Positions 49,798 to 60,652 of a DNA stretch of 64,000 nt are shown piece by piece (positions within the stretch are counted from its first letter, which is position 1; the number at the start of each line of letters is the position of its first letter). This DNA is from Rebecca billardiae RCC1528 (taxonomy: Eukaryota > Protista > Haptophyta). Made by a program: the position numbers and the translations under genes. The stretch covers positions 2,542,001-2,606,000 of the forward strand of contig OZ251225.1 in NCBI GenBank assembly GCA_965240325.2, written 5' to 3'. The notes beneath the pieces are model-generated. The model was not told the DNA's origin. It worked only from the letters and a program-made list of their open reading frames with translations, and did not search any database.

Positions 49798-52700
49798 TCA
49801 TGGCGTCGGCTGCCGCGGCGGCTTGAAGTCTCGCTCAGGGGCAGGCGGCTTGAAGTTGAAGCGCTCAACCGTCGGCAGGTCCCGCGCGCGCAGCGGGTTC
49901 GGGCTGTTGATCTGGACCGAGCGCCGGCGCGCGCGCGGCGCGCGCTCGCCGAGCAGCCCCTGCTCGCCCACGACCGCGTTGGTGGACGCGATCAGCCCCT
50001 GGATGCCAGAGAGCACCGAGTCGACCTTCTGCCCCACCTGCTCGATGCGCGTGGAGCACGCCTCGATCTTGGCGTCGAGGCGCGCGGTGGACTCGAGCCC
50101 CTCGCGCCGCACCGTGCCGAGCTGCGAGCGCAGCGACGTGAGGCGCGTCGACCACTCGTCCTCGTTGGACGCGACGTCGATCTCGAAGTCGCGCCGCTGC
50201 TCGGCAAGCATCGCCGAGCTGACGAGCACGTGCAGCCACTCGCCGCGCGGGCGCAGGATGGCGGGGATCAGCCGGTGGTACTCGACGATCAGCTGCGCGC
50301 GCATGCGCATGTACTCCGCCTTGCGCCGCTCGGTCGAGAGGTCGTGCGAGTCCGAGAGGATGGTGATCAGCAGGTTGAGCAGCACGATCGTCACGAGGAT
50401 CTGGAAGGCGTAGAAGAGCACCTGCAGCGCGTACTGCCGCGGCGTGGCGACGCGCACGTCGACGGCGAACTCGGCGAGGTCGAAGGCGCCGAGCATGAGC
50501 GCGAAAGTCTCGAGGAGCGCGTGCGGCGTCTCCTCCCGCTCCATGAACGTGAGCACCATCCGCGCGAGCGCGAACGGCACGAGCATGAGCACGACGATCA
50601 GCGCGAACGCGCCCATGTCGCGCACCGCCTGCAACACGGTCGACACGAGCGTCGTGTACGCTCGCAGCCAGAAGAGAAGCTTGAACGAGACGAGCACGAT
50701 GAGCGTGGCGAAGAGGCAGCGGCGCGTGTCGTCGTCCGCGACCACGTCGTTCGCGAGGCCGACGAGCAGCAGCAGCCCGTAGTTCAGCCAGTCCGCCCAG
50801 TTGTACGGCGAGCGCAGGTACGCGCGCGGCGAGCGCGTCGTCAGCAGCGTGCCGGCCTCGATGATGATGTGCGGCGCCGAGCACGCGAGGAGCACCCACT
50901 CGGAGAGGGAGCCGGGGGAGAGCGCGAAGATGGTGAGCACGGCGACGAGCAGCACGAACGTGACGCACATCAGCGCGTGGATCTGCCCCGCGCCGTGCGT
51001 CCACAGCGCGTGCACGATCGCGACGACCGCCATGTTGTCGTACAGATTGGTGCGCGTGCGCCGGCCGTTCAGCTTGTCGAGCTGCTCAAGAAAGCTCACC
51101 AGGTCGCCGGTGAGCGGCACGACGCACGAGGTGTACGTGGAGGTGATGGCGCCCGCGGAGGAGGTGGCGGAGGGCGCGCGCTCGAGCTTGCGCTCGCGCG
51201 TCCAGAAGTCGACGATCCCCGTCACCGCCTCGTCGTACGAGATCGAGAAGCCGCGGCCGGCGGGGCGCACCGCCGACGCGCGCCCGGAGCCGCCGGTCAG
51301 CACGCGGCCCCAGCGCTCCTGCTCGCCCAGCTCGCGCGCGAGCCCGAACGGCGTGCTCTCGTGGGCGAAGGCGGTGTACAGCCGCTCGGAGCCGACGAGG
51401 TTGACGGCGCACACGCCAGAGGGCTGGTGCATCATGTCGAGCGCGGGCAGCACCGCCGCGAGCAGGTCGGCGTACCGGTGGCCGATGCGCAGCAGGCCCT
51501 CCTGCAGCCGCCGCCCCGACGGCGTGCGCACGAACGCCGACACGTTCGCGGCGTCCTCGCGCATCAGCTCGACGAGCGCGCCGAGGATGTCGGCGATGCA
51601 CGCCTTCGCGTCGGCGGAGGACTTGACGCCGAGCGCGACGTCGAGCACCGAGGGCACGAGCGGCGGCTCGTCGCCTCGCAGCACCGAGTCGCGCCTCGCG
51701 GCGGCGCCGGCCGCGCCGTCCGCCTCGTCCGCGTCGACGGCGGGCAGCGCGACCAGCCGGCTGCCCTCCAGCCGCACGTTGTGGAACGGCGGCGCGAGCG
51801 CGTCGATGAGCACGCCGGGCGAGCCCTCGAGCAGCACGCCGAGCGCCCTCGGCTTGGTCAGCGCGCACGCGTGGTGCAGCAGCGTCCAGCCGAACGTGCG
51901 CCCGCGGCGGATGTCGCGCAGGCCGTACGACGCGGTCGGCAGCTCGCGTAGCGCATCCGCGTCGTCCTCCTCGAGGGCGTGCAGCGCGCGCGCGAACGGC
52001 GAGGTGGTGGAGGGCGGCAGGTGCATCGCCCAGTAGATGCGGATCGAGCCGTCCTCGCCGCCCAGCGCGAGCTCGAAGCCGTCGTGCGAGTAGATCACGC
52101 ACGAGCGCGCGCCCAGCTCCATCTCCTGACGGAACTCGAGCGCGCCCGCCTGCACCGCCCACACGCGGAGCACGTCGCCCGACGACGCGAGCGACGCGCC
52201 ATCCGGCGAGAAGGCGAGGCCGGAGAGCGCGTGCGCGGCGGTGTCGCGCGGGTGCGCGCGCGGCAGCGCGAAGAGCTGCGAGAGTCGCACGCGCACGGGC
52301 TCGCTCGAGAAGTCGTCCGCGTACACGCGGCGCACCGACCAGAGCTTGATCTCGGAGAAGACAGACTCAGACGCGAGCATGTGTCCAGCCGGGTGGTAGG
52401 CAACGTTGGCAACGTAGTCGCCGCCGTGCGCCTCGCGGCGCTCGCCGAGGAGCGTGAGCTCGCTCGTGTCGCTCGGGCAGTACCACACGCGCACCGACCC
52501 GTCCTCCGAGCCCGTCGCGAGCTCCCAGCCCAGCGCCTCCTCCTCCGACTGCACCTCGAGCGGCGCGTGCTGCAGCGAGCTGCCGCCGCCGGCGGCGGGC
52601 GGCGGCCGGTCGGCTGTCATCCGCACCGGCGAGCCAAGCACCATCAGCCCTGGCTGCTTCGCGACGCCCAGCGCGGCGGCGGCGGCGGCGGTCGGGCCCG

Positions 52701-54351
52701 CGCTGCGCTCCATCGACGAGCGCGCGTTGCGCTGCTCCGCCGACGGCCGCAGCTGCCGCTTCATCGGCGAGGCCGCGAGCGAGACAGCAGTGGACGTGTT
52801 GAGACGGCTCGTCGCCTCGCTTGTCTCAATGTCCCGCTTGACGCGCGGCGCAAAGCACACGGCGTGCGAGCGCGTCATGTGGGTCTGGAACTCGTCGACG
52901 TACGTGACGCGCGGCGTGGGCCAGCGCTCGATCCGCCACAGCTGCATCCGCCCCCACCGCCCCGCGTGCATCGCGAGCAGCTTGCCGTCGGCGGAGAAGC
53001 ACGCGCAGCGCGCCTCGCCGTCGCTCGTGCCGCGCGTCGTGAAGAGCCGCTCGAAGCGTGGCAGCGCAAACATCTCGATGGCGAGGTTGCCGCTGACGGC
53101 GACGATCGCCGTCGCGTCGGGCATGAAGCCCACGCCCACGCACTGCTTCGCCAGCGTGCCCGGCGGCAGCCCCGACTCCATCGAGAGCGTCGGCGTCGCC
53201 CAGCGCTTGATCGCTCGGTCGGCGCCGCACGTCGTGAGCGTGCGGCCGCCGTCCTGTGGCGGAAACACGACCGAGAAGATGTTGCCCGAGTGCGCGCCGT
53301 CGAGCCGGCCCATCGGCGTGAGCGACGAGGAGGCCCAGAGCCGCACCGTCGAGTCCAGCGCGCACGACGCGATCGTCGCGCCGTCCGGCGAGTATGCCAG
53401 CCGGCGGATCTCGCCGTCGTGCGCGCCGTGCCGCATCGCGTGCAGCTCGAGCGAAGGCACCTCCCACAGACGAATCGCCTGGTCCGAGCCGCACGAGGCG
53501 AGGACGTCGCCGCGCGGGGAGAAGACGGCGTGCTTGTTCGAGCCCGCGTCGTCGCGGAACGCGAGCTCCTCCAGGCTCGGCACCGCCCACAGCTTGATGC
53601 ACGCCTCCGAGCCGACCGACGCCATCGCGTGGCCGCCGGGCGCAAACTCGAGGTGGTTGACGCCTTCGTGCGCGCCCGCCGCGCTCGCGACGAGGACGAG
53701 GTGGCCAGGCTCGGCGTCGTCGGACTCGTCGGGCGTCCAGAGCTTGATCGTCTGGTCGCCGTCGCCCCCACCCGTCGCGATGTGCTCGCCGCGCGGCGTC
53801 ACCGCGACCGAGAACCCGCCGTAGCGCGCGCTCGGGTCGGAGCGCGGGTGCGGCATCGTCTCGCTCAGCAGCTCGAGCGTCGGTAGGCCCCACACCTTGA
53901 GCGCGCCGTCCCAGCAGATGGAGTAGAGGCGGTTGCGCGCGCCGGCCACCTGGAACACGCCGTCCTTGTGCGCGTTCGCGTCCGCGCGCGAGGACATGCT
54001 CAGCAGCTTGTGCGTGCGCGCGTCGCGGATGGCGATCGAGCCGTCGAGCGCGGACGATGCGAGCACATTGCCAATATACGAGACGCAGAAGACCTCGGCC
54101 GCGTGCGTGTCGATCAGCATGCCGGTCCCCGAGTGGTCGACCTCGAGCGAGCTAGCGACCGTGTACAGCGTGACCCCGGGGCCCTCCTCCTGCCCGTCCT
54201 CGGCCGGCGTCTCTGCCGAGTTGGCTGTCGCGAGGCCCATGTCGGATGAGCGGCGCCGCCCCATCCCCTTCCGGACGGGCGCGCGGAAGCTGCTGCCGTT
54301 GCTCCGGCTGCCGCTCGTCAGCCTGCGTACTCTCACGGGCGAGTGCTTCAT
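49798..54351 (-). CDS. WD40-repeat / ankyrin / TRP-like six-TM cation channel fusion protein (~1500 aa, single exon)
   Basis: More than 10 WD40 repeats (e.g. HDGEIRRLAYSPDGATIASCALDSTVRLW) and an ankyrin-like GWTLLHHAC. Channel motifs YLRSPYNWADW, KLLFWLRAY, VRDMGAFALIV, FALMLGAFD and IVLLNLLITILSDSH, then a C-terminal coiled coil. Confidence 0.85.
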   Translation of the reverse strand: MKHSPVRVRRLTSGSRSNGSSFRAPVRKGMGRRRSSDMGLATANSAETPAEDGQEEGPGVTLYTVASSLEVDHSGTGMLIDTHAAEVFCVSYIGNVLASSALDGSIAIRDARTHKLLSMSSRADANAHKDGVFQVAGARNRLYSICWDGALKVWGLPTLELLSETMPHPRSDPSARYGGFSVAVTPRGEHIATGGGDGDQTIKLWTPDESDDAEPGHLVLVASAAGAHEGVNHLEFAPGGHAMASVGSEACIKLWAVPSLEELAFRDDAGSNKHAVFSPRGDVLASCGSDQAIRLWEVPSLELHAMRHGAHDGEIRRLAYSPDGATIASCALDSTVRLWASSSLTPMGRLDGAHSGNIFSVVFPPQDGGRTLTTCGADRAIKRWATPTLSMESGLPPGTLAKQCVGVGFMPDATAIVAVSGNLAIEMFALPRFERLFTTRGTSDGEARCACFSADGKLLAMHAGRWGRMQLWRIERWPTPRVTYVDEFQTHMTRSHAVCFAPRVKRDIETSEATSRLNTSTAVSLAASPMKRQLRPSAEQRNARSSMERSAGPTAAAAAALGVAKQPGLMVLGSPVRMTADRPPPAAGGGSSLQHAPLEVQSEEEALGWELATGSEDGSVRVWYCPSDTSELTLLGERREAHGGDYVANVAYHPAGHMLASESVFSEIKLWSVRRVYADDFSSEPVRVRLSQLFALPRAHPRDTAAHALSGLAFSPDGASLASSGDVLRVWAVQAGALEFRQEMELGARSCVIYSHDGFELALGGEDGSIRIYWAMHLPPSTTSPFARALHALEEDDADALRELPTASYGLRDIRRGRTFGWTLLHHACALTKPRALGVLLEGSPGVLIDALAPPFHNVRLEGSRLVALPAVDADEADGAAGAAARRDSVLRGDEPPLVPSVLDVALGVKSSADAKACIADILGALVELMREDAANVSAFVRTPSGRRLQEGLLRIGHRYADLLAAVLPALDMMHQPSGVCAVNLVGSERLYTAFAHESTPFGLARELGEQERWGRVLTGGSGRASAVRPAGRGFSISYDEAVTGIVDFWTRERKLERAPSATSSAGAITSTYTSCVVPLTGDLVSFLEQLDKLNGRRTRTNLYDNMAVVAIVHALWTHGAGQIHALMCVTFVLLVAVLTIFALSPGSLSEWVLLACSAPHIIIEAGTLLTTRSPRAYLRSPYNWADWLNYGLLLLVGLANDVVADDDTRRCLFATLIVLVSFKLLFWLRAYTTLVSTVLQAVRDMGAFALIVVLMLVPFALARMVLTFMEREETPHALLETFALMLGAFDLAEFAVDVRVATPRQYALQVLFYAFQILVTIVLLNLLITILSDSHDLSTERRKAEYMRMRAQLIVEYHRLIPAILRPRGEWLHVLVSSAMLAEQRRDFEIDVASNEDEWSTRLTSLRSQLGTVRREGLESTARLDAKIEACSTRIEQVGQKVDSVLSGIQGLIASTNAVVGEQGLLGERAPRARRRSVQINSPNPLRARDLPTVERFNFKPPAPERDFKPPRQPTP

Positions 54352-54647
54352 CGTCAGCACGCGCGCCCCGGCGGGGCCACCCTGCGCGACCCACGACCCG
54401 CAGGCCGCTCACGGCCGGGCCGGCCCGCTCGTGGGGATCCGCCACGCTGCTAGCGCTGGCGGCAGCAAGGCGGGGCCGGGTTGTCACCCACTCACCCTGA
54501 AACCGAGCCGCGTGATTGGCTCGTGGTATTGATCAAACATCAGCAGCAACCGATCCTGGTAACCGAGGGTTTCTAACAACGCTACGATCTCCGCGCGAAT
54601 CCTTGCTGCGAGATCTCACAACTGCCACCAAGAGTGACTTGAGCACG

Positions 54648-57600
54648 ATGGCCGCCCCGACGGGGCGAACGAAGACCAAGTCCAGGAGCCCTCGGCTTGC
54701 TGCACTGGACGCACACGCGAACGCGCTCGTGGCGGCACTGGGCGATGAGGACGCTGACCCAAGCCTGCGCACGCGCGCCGCCGACGCGCTCGCCGAGCTC
54801 CTCGAGCCCGCCAACGACCGCGACGTGCGCGGCCTGAAGCTCTGGCTGGCGCGCGCCGAGCCGGAGGTGTCGGTGCTCCTTCACACGCTCGCCTCGGACA
54901 TGGTCGCGCTGTTGCCGCTCGTTGAAGCGTGCACTCGCGTCGTGCACCACCTCGCCGAGGCCGGTGCGGACGAGGAGCGCGCGGCGGAGCAGCGCCGCGC
55001 ACAGCTCACCGTCGCTGGCTTTGCCTTGCCACTCGTGCACCACATGGGCGCCGGCCCGGCGCACGGCCTGCGCACGCTCGCGACGCGCACGCTGGTGCTG
55101 CTCTGCGCCGCTTCGCCCGCCCGCGTGCTCATCGCCACCACGCCCGACGCGCTCCCGACGCTCGCCGCGTGCGTCACGCTTGACGACAGCGCAGAGGCCG
55201 AGCTGCCGCGCCATGCGCTGCGCGCGCTGCATCTTCTCTCGCTCTCGCCCGCGGCGGCGATCCGGATGGGCGCGGACGCACGCGTGCGCGCGCGGCTGCT
55301 CGAGCTCGCCGCCAGGCCGCGCGTCGCTCACGCCGCGCGTATCCTCGCCGCCCTCGCCCTCGCCCACCTGCAGCGCGCGCGCGAGGCGCGCGCTGACGAG
55401 CCAACGGCCGCGCTCACACGCGCGGCGGGCCCGCGCGCCGAGGCGGGCGCGGTGGCGGAGGCGGAGGCGGAGGCGGGCGACGCGGCGCTGGAGGTCCTGG
55501 CGCACTCGCAGCTGGGTGCCGAGCTCCCGCTCGCCCTGCGCGCCGCTCTGCGTGGCGAGGCGTACGCGGGCCGGCGGTGGCGCGCCGACGAGCTGCTGCA
55601 CACTGTCAGCGTCCTCGCGGCGAGTGGCGCCGGTCTGCGGCTGCTGCTCGCGCGCGGCGGGGCGGCGCCAGGCCGCGCCGACACGGGCGCGTTCGCACGG
55701 CGCGGCGCAGGCGCGCCTCGCGGCGGCGCGGCGCGCGTGTCGTCTCGCCGAGCATCGCGCCACGGCCGCGCGCACGAGCTCCTCGACCTGCTCTGCGCCG
55801 CGCTCAGCGCGAGCGCGCCGCGCGCCGCGCGCTCCGGCGCGGGTGCGCTCCTGAGCCTGGCCTTCGCGCCCGATGTGCGAGCGCTCATGTGCGTGCGCGG
55901 CGGCGCGGTGGAGCACGCGCTGTGCGCGGGGATGGGCGCGCGCTCGCACGCGCTGCGCGAGGCGTGCGCGCTGGTGTGTGTCGCGCTGCACGCGCTGCCA
56001 CCGGAGGCCGCCGCGGCCGTCGCGACGCGAAGCCCTCGTGCCAAGCGCACCTCCTCGCCGCGCCGTGCGCCATACAACGACGGCGCGCGCGCGGCCCGCC
56101 GGCGCGCGCTCGAGGCCGAGGCGGCGGCAGCGGACGTGGAGGCGGAGGGACTGGCCCGCAGCAGCAGCGCGGACGACGGCGACGGCCTTGCCGACGACGA
56201 GCTCCCGACGCCGCACCGCGCCGCAGCCTCCTCCTCCGACGACGACGACGATGCCGGCCTCGCGCTCGGCGCTCCGCAGCTCGGCGCGCGCGACGCGCCT
56301 CCCGACGAGCTTGGCGCGATGGCGCGCGCCGTCGCCTCGCGCGCGATCGCCGTGTCGCGCAGGTCGGCGGCGGTGGCTCGGCCGCGCGCGGCGTCCGCGG
56401 GCAGGCGCGACCCGTACACCTACGCCCGCTCGCGCGCTCTCAGCGCCACGACCGACCGCGCCGCGCCTCTGCTGTTTGAGCGCGGGCCATACTGGCGAGC
56501 GCACGAAGAAGCGTGGCGAACCGATCCGTGGGGCAGCGGGCGGAGCAACGACACGCCGCGCGCGCGCGCTCGGAGTCGGCTCTTCCCGAACTCGCCGCCC
56601 TACTCGGCGCCGCCTTCGTCCGCGCTGCACGCGGGCGGCGTGCCGATGCCTCTGCCCCTCGCCGCGCGCAGGGCCCTAGGCGCGCACGCCGAGGCCGAGG
56701 CCGACCAGCAGCCGCTTCTCGAGATCTCGATCTCGCTGCCCGACGAGATCTCGATCTCGCTGCCCGACGCCGCGCGGCGCTTTCTGCGCGCCGCCCGGCC
56801 AGCTGAGGCGCGGCCGTGCGTGTACGTGTGCTTCGCCGAGGCGGTGGACACGGAGCTGGGCAGGAGGGTAGCGCGCGCTGTGCGGAGCGCCGGGCTGCCT
56901 GTCTCGGAGCTCAAGTGCACCGCGCCGGCCGAGCCGTGCAGCGTGGGCCGGTGCGTGCGCGCGCGGATGCGCGGCGTTGATTCCTTGAGGCGCGCGCCGC
57001 GCCCGTGTCGTGTCGGCACCCGTCACATCTGCCCGCGCACGCGTTCTCCCACTCCAACCCCCCACCACGAAATCCTTCCCGCGGCCTGCGCGCCGCAGCA
57101 TGCTCGGCGCACTCTCGCGCGCCGGCGTCGTGCTTGTGTGCGCAGGCTCGGCGCTCAAGGCCAGTGCAACCGCGCGCTTCGAGTGCGCGGCGGCGCTGGC
57201 GTGCGGGCTTTCCCTGGTCGGCCTGTGTGTGGAGCCTGGCTACAGCCCCGACGGCTGGCTGCGCCGCGTGCTCGGCGACGGCGCGCAGTGGCAGCTGCGC
57301 AGCGCGTCCGACCTGAGCGCGGATGCTCTGGCCGGGCTAGTCGCCGAGCTGCGCGCGCAGCTCGCGCAGCGTGACATGCCGAGCACGGACGAAGCGGAGG
57401 CGCCGACGGAGGCAGCTGAGCTCGTGGGCGCGCGCGCTGTGGGCGGTGGCGCCTGGGAGTACGCGGCCGCGCTGCCAACGCCCGAAGACGCGCCCCGCTT
57501 CGCGCGCGGCCGTCGCCGCGCCGCTCGGGCGTCGCGCGCGGCGACGAGTCGCGGCATCAGCGCGGCCTCCCGTGCCGGCCGCGGCGCACGGCCGCTCAGC

Positions 57601-57846
57601 GCCGCGGCGGCCGAGCCCCCATCCACGCCCACCCTGGTGGAGCTGTCTCACGCCGTGTCGGGCGCGGTGCGCGGCGAGGTCGAGGCGCTGGAGATCCGAC
57701 TGGGCGGCCGGCTCGCCCGGCTCGACGCGCGCCTGGCCACGGTCGAGCGCGGCGTGGCGCGCGCCCTCACCGATGACCTCGGGCTCGTGGGCGCAGAGAG
57801 TGCGTCCCTCGAGGTGTCTCCGGATGCCGACCATCTCTTCCGCTGA
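54648..57846 (+). CDS. Armadillo-repeat protein with degenerate C-terminal TIR (TIR_2-like) domain and coiled coil; intron 56951-57098
   Basis: ARM-like helices at the N-terminus. The spliced C-terminus PCVYVCFAEA..VARAVRSAGLPV..MLGALSRAGVVLVCAGSALKASATARFECAAA..LVGLCVEPGYSPDGWLRRVLG follows the TIR_2 pattern (M.EAV..S.VVL.C....Y..S..CR.E...A..PL.....Y.PDGWLG). A phase-2 GT..AG intron joins ORFs 54516 and 57010. Confidence 0.7.
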
Positions 57847-57987
57847 TGACCGACGGCCCAACGCGAGGCGGCGAGGCGGCGAGGGCGATGATATCGTCGA
57901 GCACTGATTCGATGATGCAGGTGACACGGCCAATAACTAAGCACGGCGAGGGCGGCTCGCGGATACAGCAGTATACGTACGACCCCC

Positions 57988-58087
57988 ATATATATATGCA
58001 CATATATATAGCTTAGATAGATATAGATAGACGATAGATCGATATAGATCGATAGATATATAGAATGATAGATAGATAGATAGATAG
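57988..58087. repeat. (AT)n/(GATA)n microsatellite
   Basis: Directly visible between convergent genes. Confidence 0.85.
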
Positions 58088-58140
58088 TTGACGAAGCAGG
58101 CACGAAGTCAAAGGCGGCTCCGAAGCCTGCTGAACATCAA

Positions 58141-59487
58141 TCAGAATGGATTCACCCAGCGCGCAGCAGCGGTCAGCAGACGCGGTAGCATGCGCGGCAG
58201 CAGCTTTGGTCCTCCAACGGTGCTCGCGCTACCTGCCGTGGAGCATTGGCGCGAGTCGTCGCTCGGCAGCTCACGGCCAACCGCTGCAGCCTTGATACTT
58301 CCAGCCTGCTCTGGCCCTGCGCCGCGCATGCGTGATGCAGGTGCGGGTTGCGGCATGATCTCAGCAAGCAGCCGCAGCATGAGCGGGTCCTCGCCCGACA
58401 TCGGGTCCTCGAGGATCGGGTCCGTGTGGCTCTTGCCCTCGTAGTACTCTGCGTCGACGTGCACGCCAGCGGCGCGGAGCGCGGCCTCAAAGTCGCGCGT
58501 CTGGTGCCAGTGGCATGTACGATCCGCCATGCCGTGTGCGAGCAGCACAGGCGGCACGCGCGCGGCTGCGGCCGGTGACAGCGCGCGCGCGTGGCACGTG
58601 GGCGAGACGGCGGGCGCGTCGGGCACGAGCGCGCGCATCAGCCGGCGATCAAGCCCCCGAGCGTGCAGCTGCTCCACCAGCGGCTCGAGCTCGTACGGCC
58701 CCGAGATGGCGACCCAGCGCCGCACCTGCGCGAGCGACCACGGTCGCGGCGGCCAGCGCTGGGCTTGTGCGTCCGGCAAGCGCGCCGCGCTGTCGGTGGC
58801 GCCAGCGTCGGCGTTGGCGCCGCCGGCCGGGCGGGACTTGGGGGCGGCCGCCTCATGCTTGGCCTTGCGCAGCATCAGAAGCGCGAGCAGGTGCGCCCCG
58901 GCCGACTGTCCGACGAGCGTGACGTTGGCAGGGTCCACGTTGAGCTGCTCGACGTGAGCAAACACCCAGCCGAGGGCAGCGTCGAGGTCGTCGACCATGG
59001 CGGGGATCGACGCCTGCGGGAAGTTGCGGTAGTCGGGCGAGACGCACACGACGCCGTTGCGCTGGAGCACCTGCGCCTGGATGAAGGGCCACACCTTGTA
59101 CCCGATGATCCACGCGCCACCGGTCACAAAGACGACGAGCGGCCGCTTGGCAGGCGCGCGGCCGTCGTCGGAAGACGGCTGCGCACCGGGCAGGTAGACG
59201 TCGAGCTGCTGACGGATGCTCGGCCCGTACATGATGTTCTTGCGCACCTGCGGGCTGAGAAGGTACGAGAAGAAGAGGGGGAGCAGCGCGGGCAGGGCTG
59301 CGAGCACGAACAGGCACAGCCGCGCAAACTGCACAGCCCACAGGCCGGGCAGGCCGATCAGCCGCTGCAGGAGGAGCCACTCGTGTGCCGCCCACTGCAC
59401 TGTCTTGGCGGGCCCGTAGTCCGGCCGGATCGGATTGGCGCTCGCTCGGCTCGTCAGCCGGCGGAGGCTGAGCATGCCATCCGCCAT
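58141..59487 (-). CDS. ICME: Isoprenylcysteine alpha-carbonyl methylesterase (alpha/beta hydrolase)
   Basis: VVFVTGGAWIIGYK, DYRNFPQ, GQSAGAH nucleophile elbow, HGMADRT, YEGKSHTDPILEDP. Confidence 0.85.
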   Translation of the reverse strand: MADGMLSLRRLTSRASANPIRPDYGPAKTVQWAAHEWLLLQRLIGLPGLWAVQFARLCLFVLAALPALLPLFFSYLLSPQVRKNIMYGPSIRQQLDVYLPGAQPSSDDGRAPAKRPLVVFVTGGAWIIGYKVWPFIQAQVLQRNGVVCVSPDYRNFPQASIPAMVDDLDAALGWVFAHVEQLNVDPANVTLVGQSAGAHLLALLMLRKAKHEAAAPKSRPAGGANADAGATDSAARLPDAQAQRWPPRPWSLAQVRRWVAISGPYELEPLVEQLHARGLDRRLMRALVPDAPAVSPTCHARALSPAAAARVPPVLLAHGMADRTCHWHQTRDFEAALRAAGVHVDAEYYEGKSHTDPILEDPMSGEDPLMLRLLAEIMPQPAPASRMRGAGPEQAGSIKAAAVGRELPSDDSRQCSTAGSASTVGGPKLLPRMLPRLLTAAARWVNPF

Positions 59488-60122
59488 TTTATTGGGCGAT
59501 CGGGATTCAGCACGCCGCACGGGCGCATCTTCGGGATTCGTGCGATCTTGACCGCGCCGTTTGCGCGCGCACACGGCAGCCCTTGGTTGCTGCCAGCCGG
59601 ACCGTTGACGTTGTCGTGGTCACTACTGAGTCTTAGCTTAGTAGCTTACTACTCTTCAGACTCTCAATCAACAAGATTCGTCATACAGTAGTCCCCCTTA
59701 GACGCGCATTGTACATACTGTAGCATCTAACACAGTAGTTAGTGTTGGACGACCGGAACAGAGTGTCCAGCGCGCATGTGGCGCTGCATGCGTTCTGAAT
59801 AATCGGAATGATTGAATCAAGCTATAGTTTACTAAGAATAAGAGACGCACACCGTCAGACAGGCAGGCGAGATCAACGCCCGCCAACTGTCACCGCCCAT
59901 GGAGCCGTCGCCGATGGCACAGTACACTGTGAAGTACTGACTGCTGCTGCTGCAATCGCTTCTGCTGCAATAAGCAAGTCGAGGATGACGGCGCTGGCGC
60001 GCCGCGAGGCGGCCGAAGCCCTCATCCGCCAGGCCTCGCAGCCAGCAGCCTGAGCCTCGCAGGCGGACGGCTTCGCCTGCTGACCTGAGAGTGTGTGCGT
60101 CTCTTGCAAGTTTGCTTAGTTA

Positions 60123-60652
60123 CAGGCAATCGCGGGCAATAAGAAGTCAGAGATCTCACGGCTAGCCTCGGTTTCTTAGCCGTTCGGTAGCCCGAGCGCC
60201 TACGGAGTCTCAGTTAAATAGTCTCAGTTTCTTAGCTAGGTCCGCCCGCCGCGCAGGCGCGGGGGGCGCAGGGGGGCAGAGCCACCCGCTGAGTCTTTAG
60301 GCCCGGCCGGCGAGGCCGAAGGAATTTTTGGGCCTTTTTGGAGCAAATCTGGCATGACGATGTTGCATGGATGCTGCGGTGCACTGGCCAGGAGTCAGTC
60401 ATCAGGAGAAGTCGGGACTTGGCCTGTACTCGTAGTCGGGCCGCGCGCCGCGTCCCCGACTGGCCGACTGACTGCGCCTCGCCCTCGGCGGACCACTCGT
60501 AGTCGTCAGCCGGGACGACGTAGTCCCGGTTTCTTAGTGTGGCTATGCGTATAGCGAACCAGCCAATCGCTAGTCTCAGTTTCTAGGCCAGATCCGCAGA
60601 TAGCAAGCCCCAGTTCTTAACGTGACAGCTCCTTATTGCCCGCGATTGCCTG
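60123..60652. mobile_element. 530-bp MITE with perfect 21-bp TIRs and TA flanks (Tc1/mariner-type)
   Basis: TA|CAGGCAATCGCGGGCAATAAG ... CTTATTGCCCGCGATTGCCTG|TA. Subterminal repeats of CTCAGTTTCTTAG-like motifs. Confidence 0.9.

Noticed and set aside
49792-53886. Long plus-strand ORFs (719, 411, 635, 456 aa)
   Set aside because: Antisense shadows of the WD40-TRP gene.
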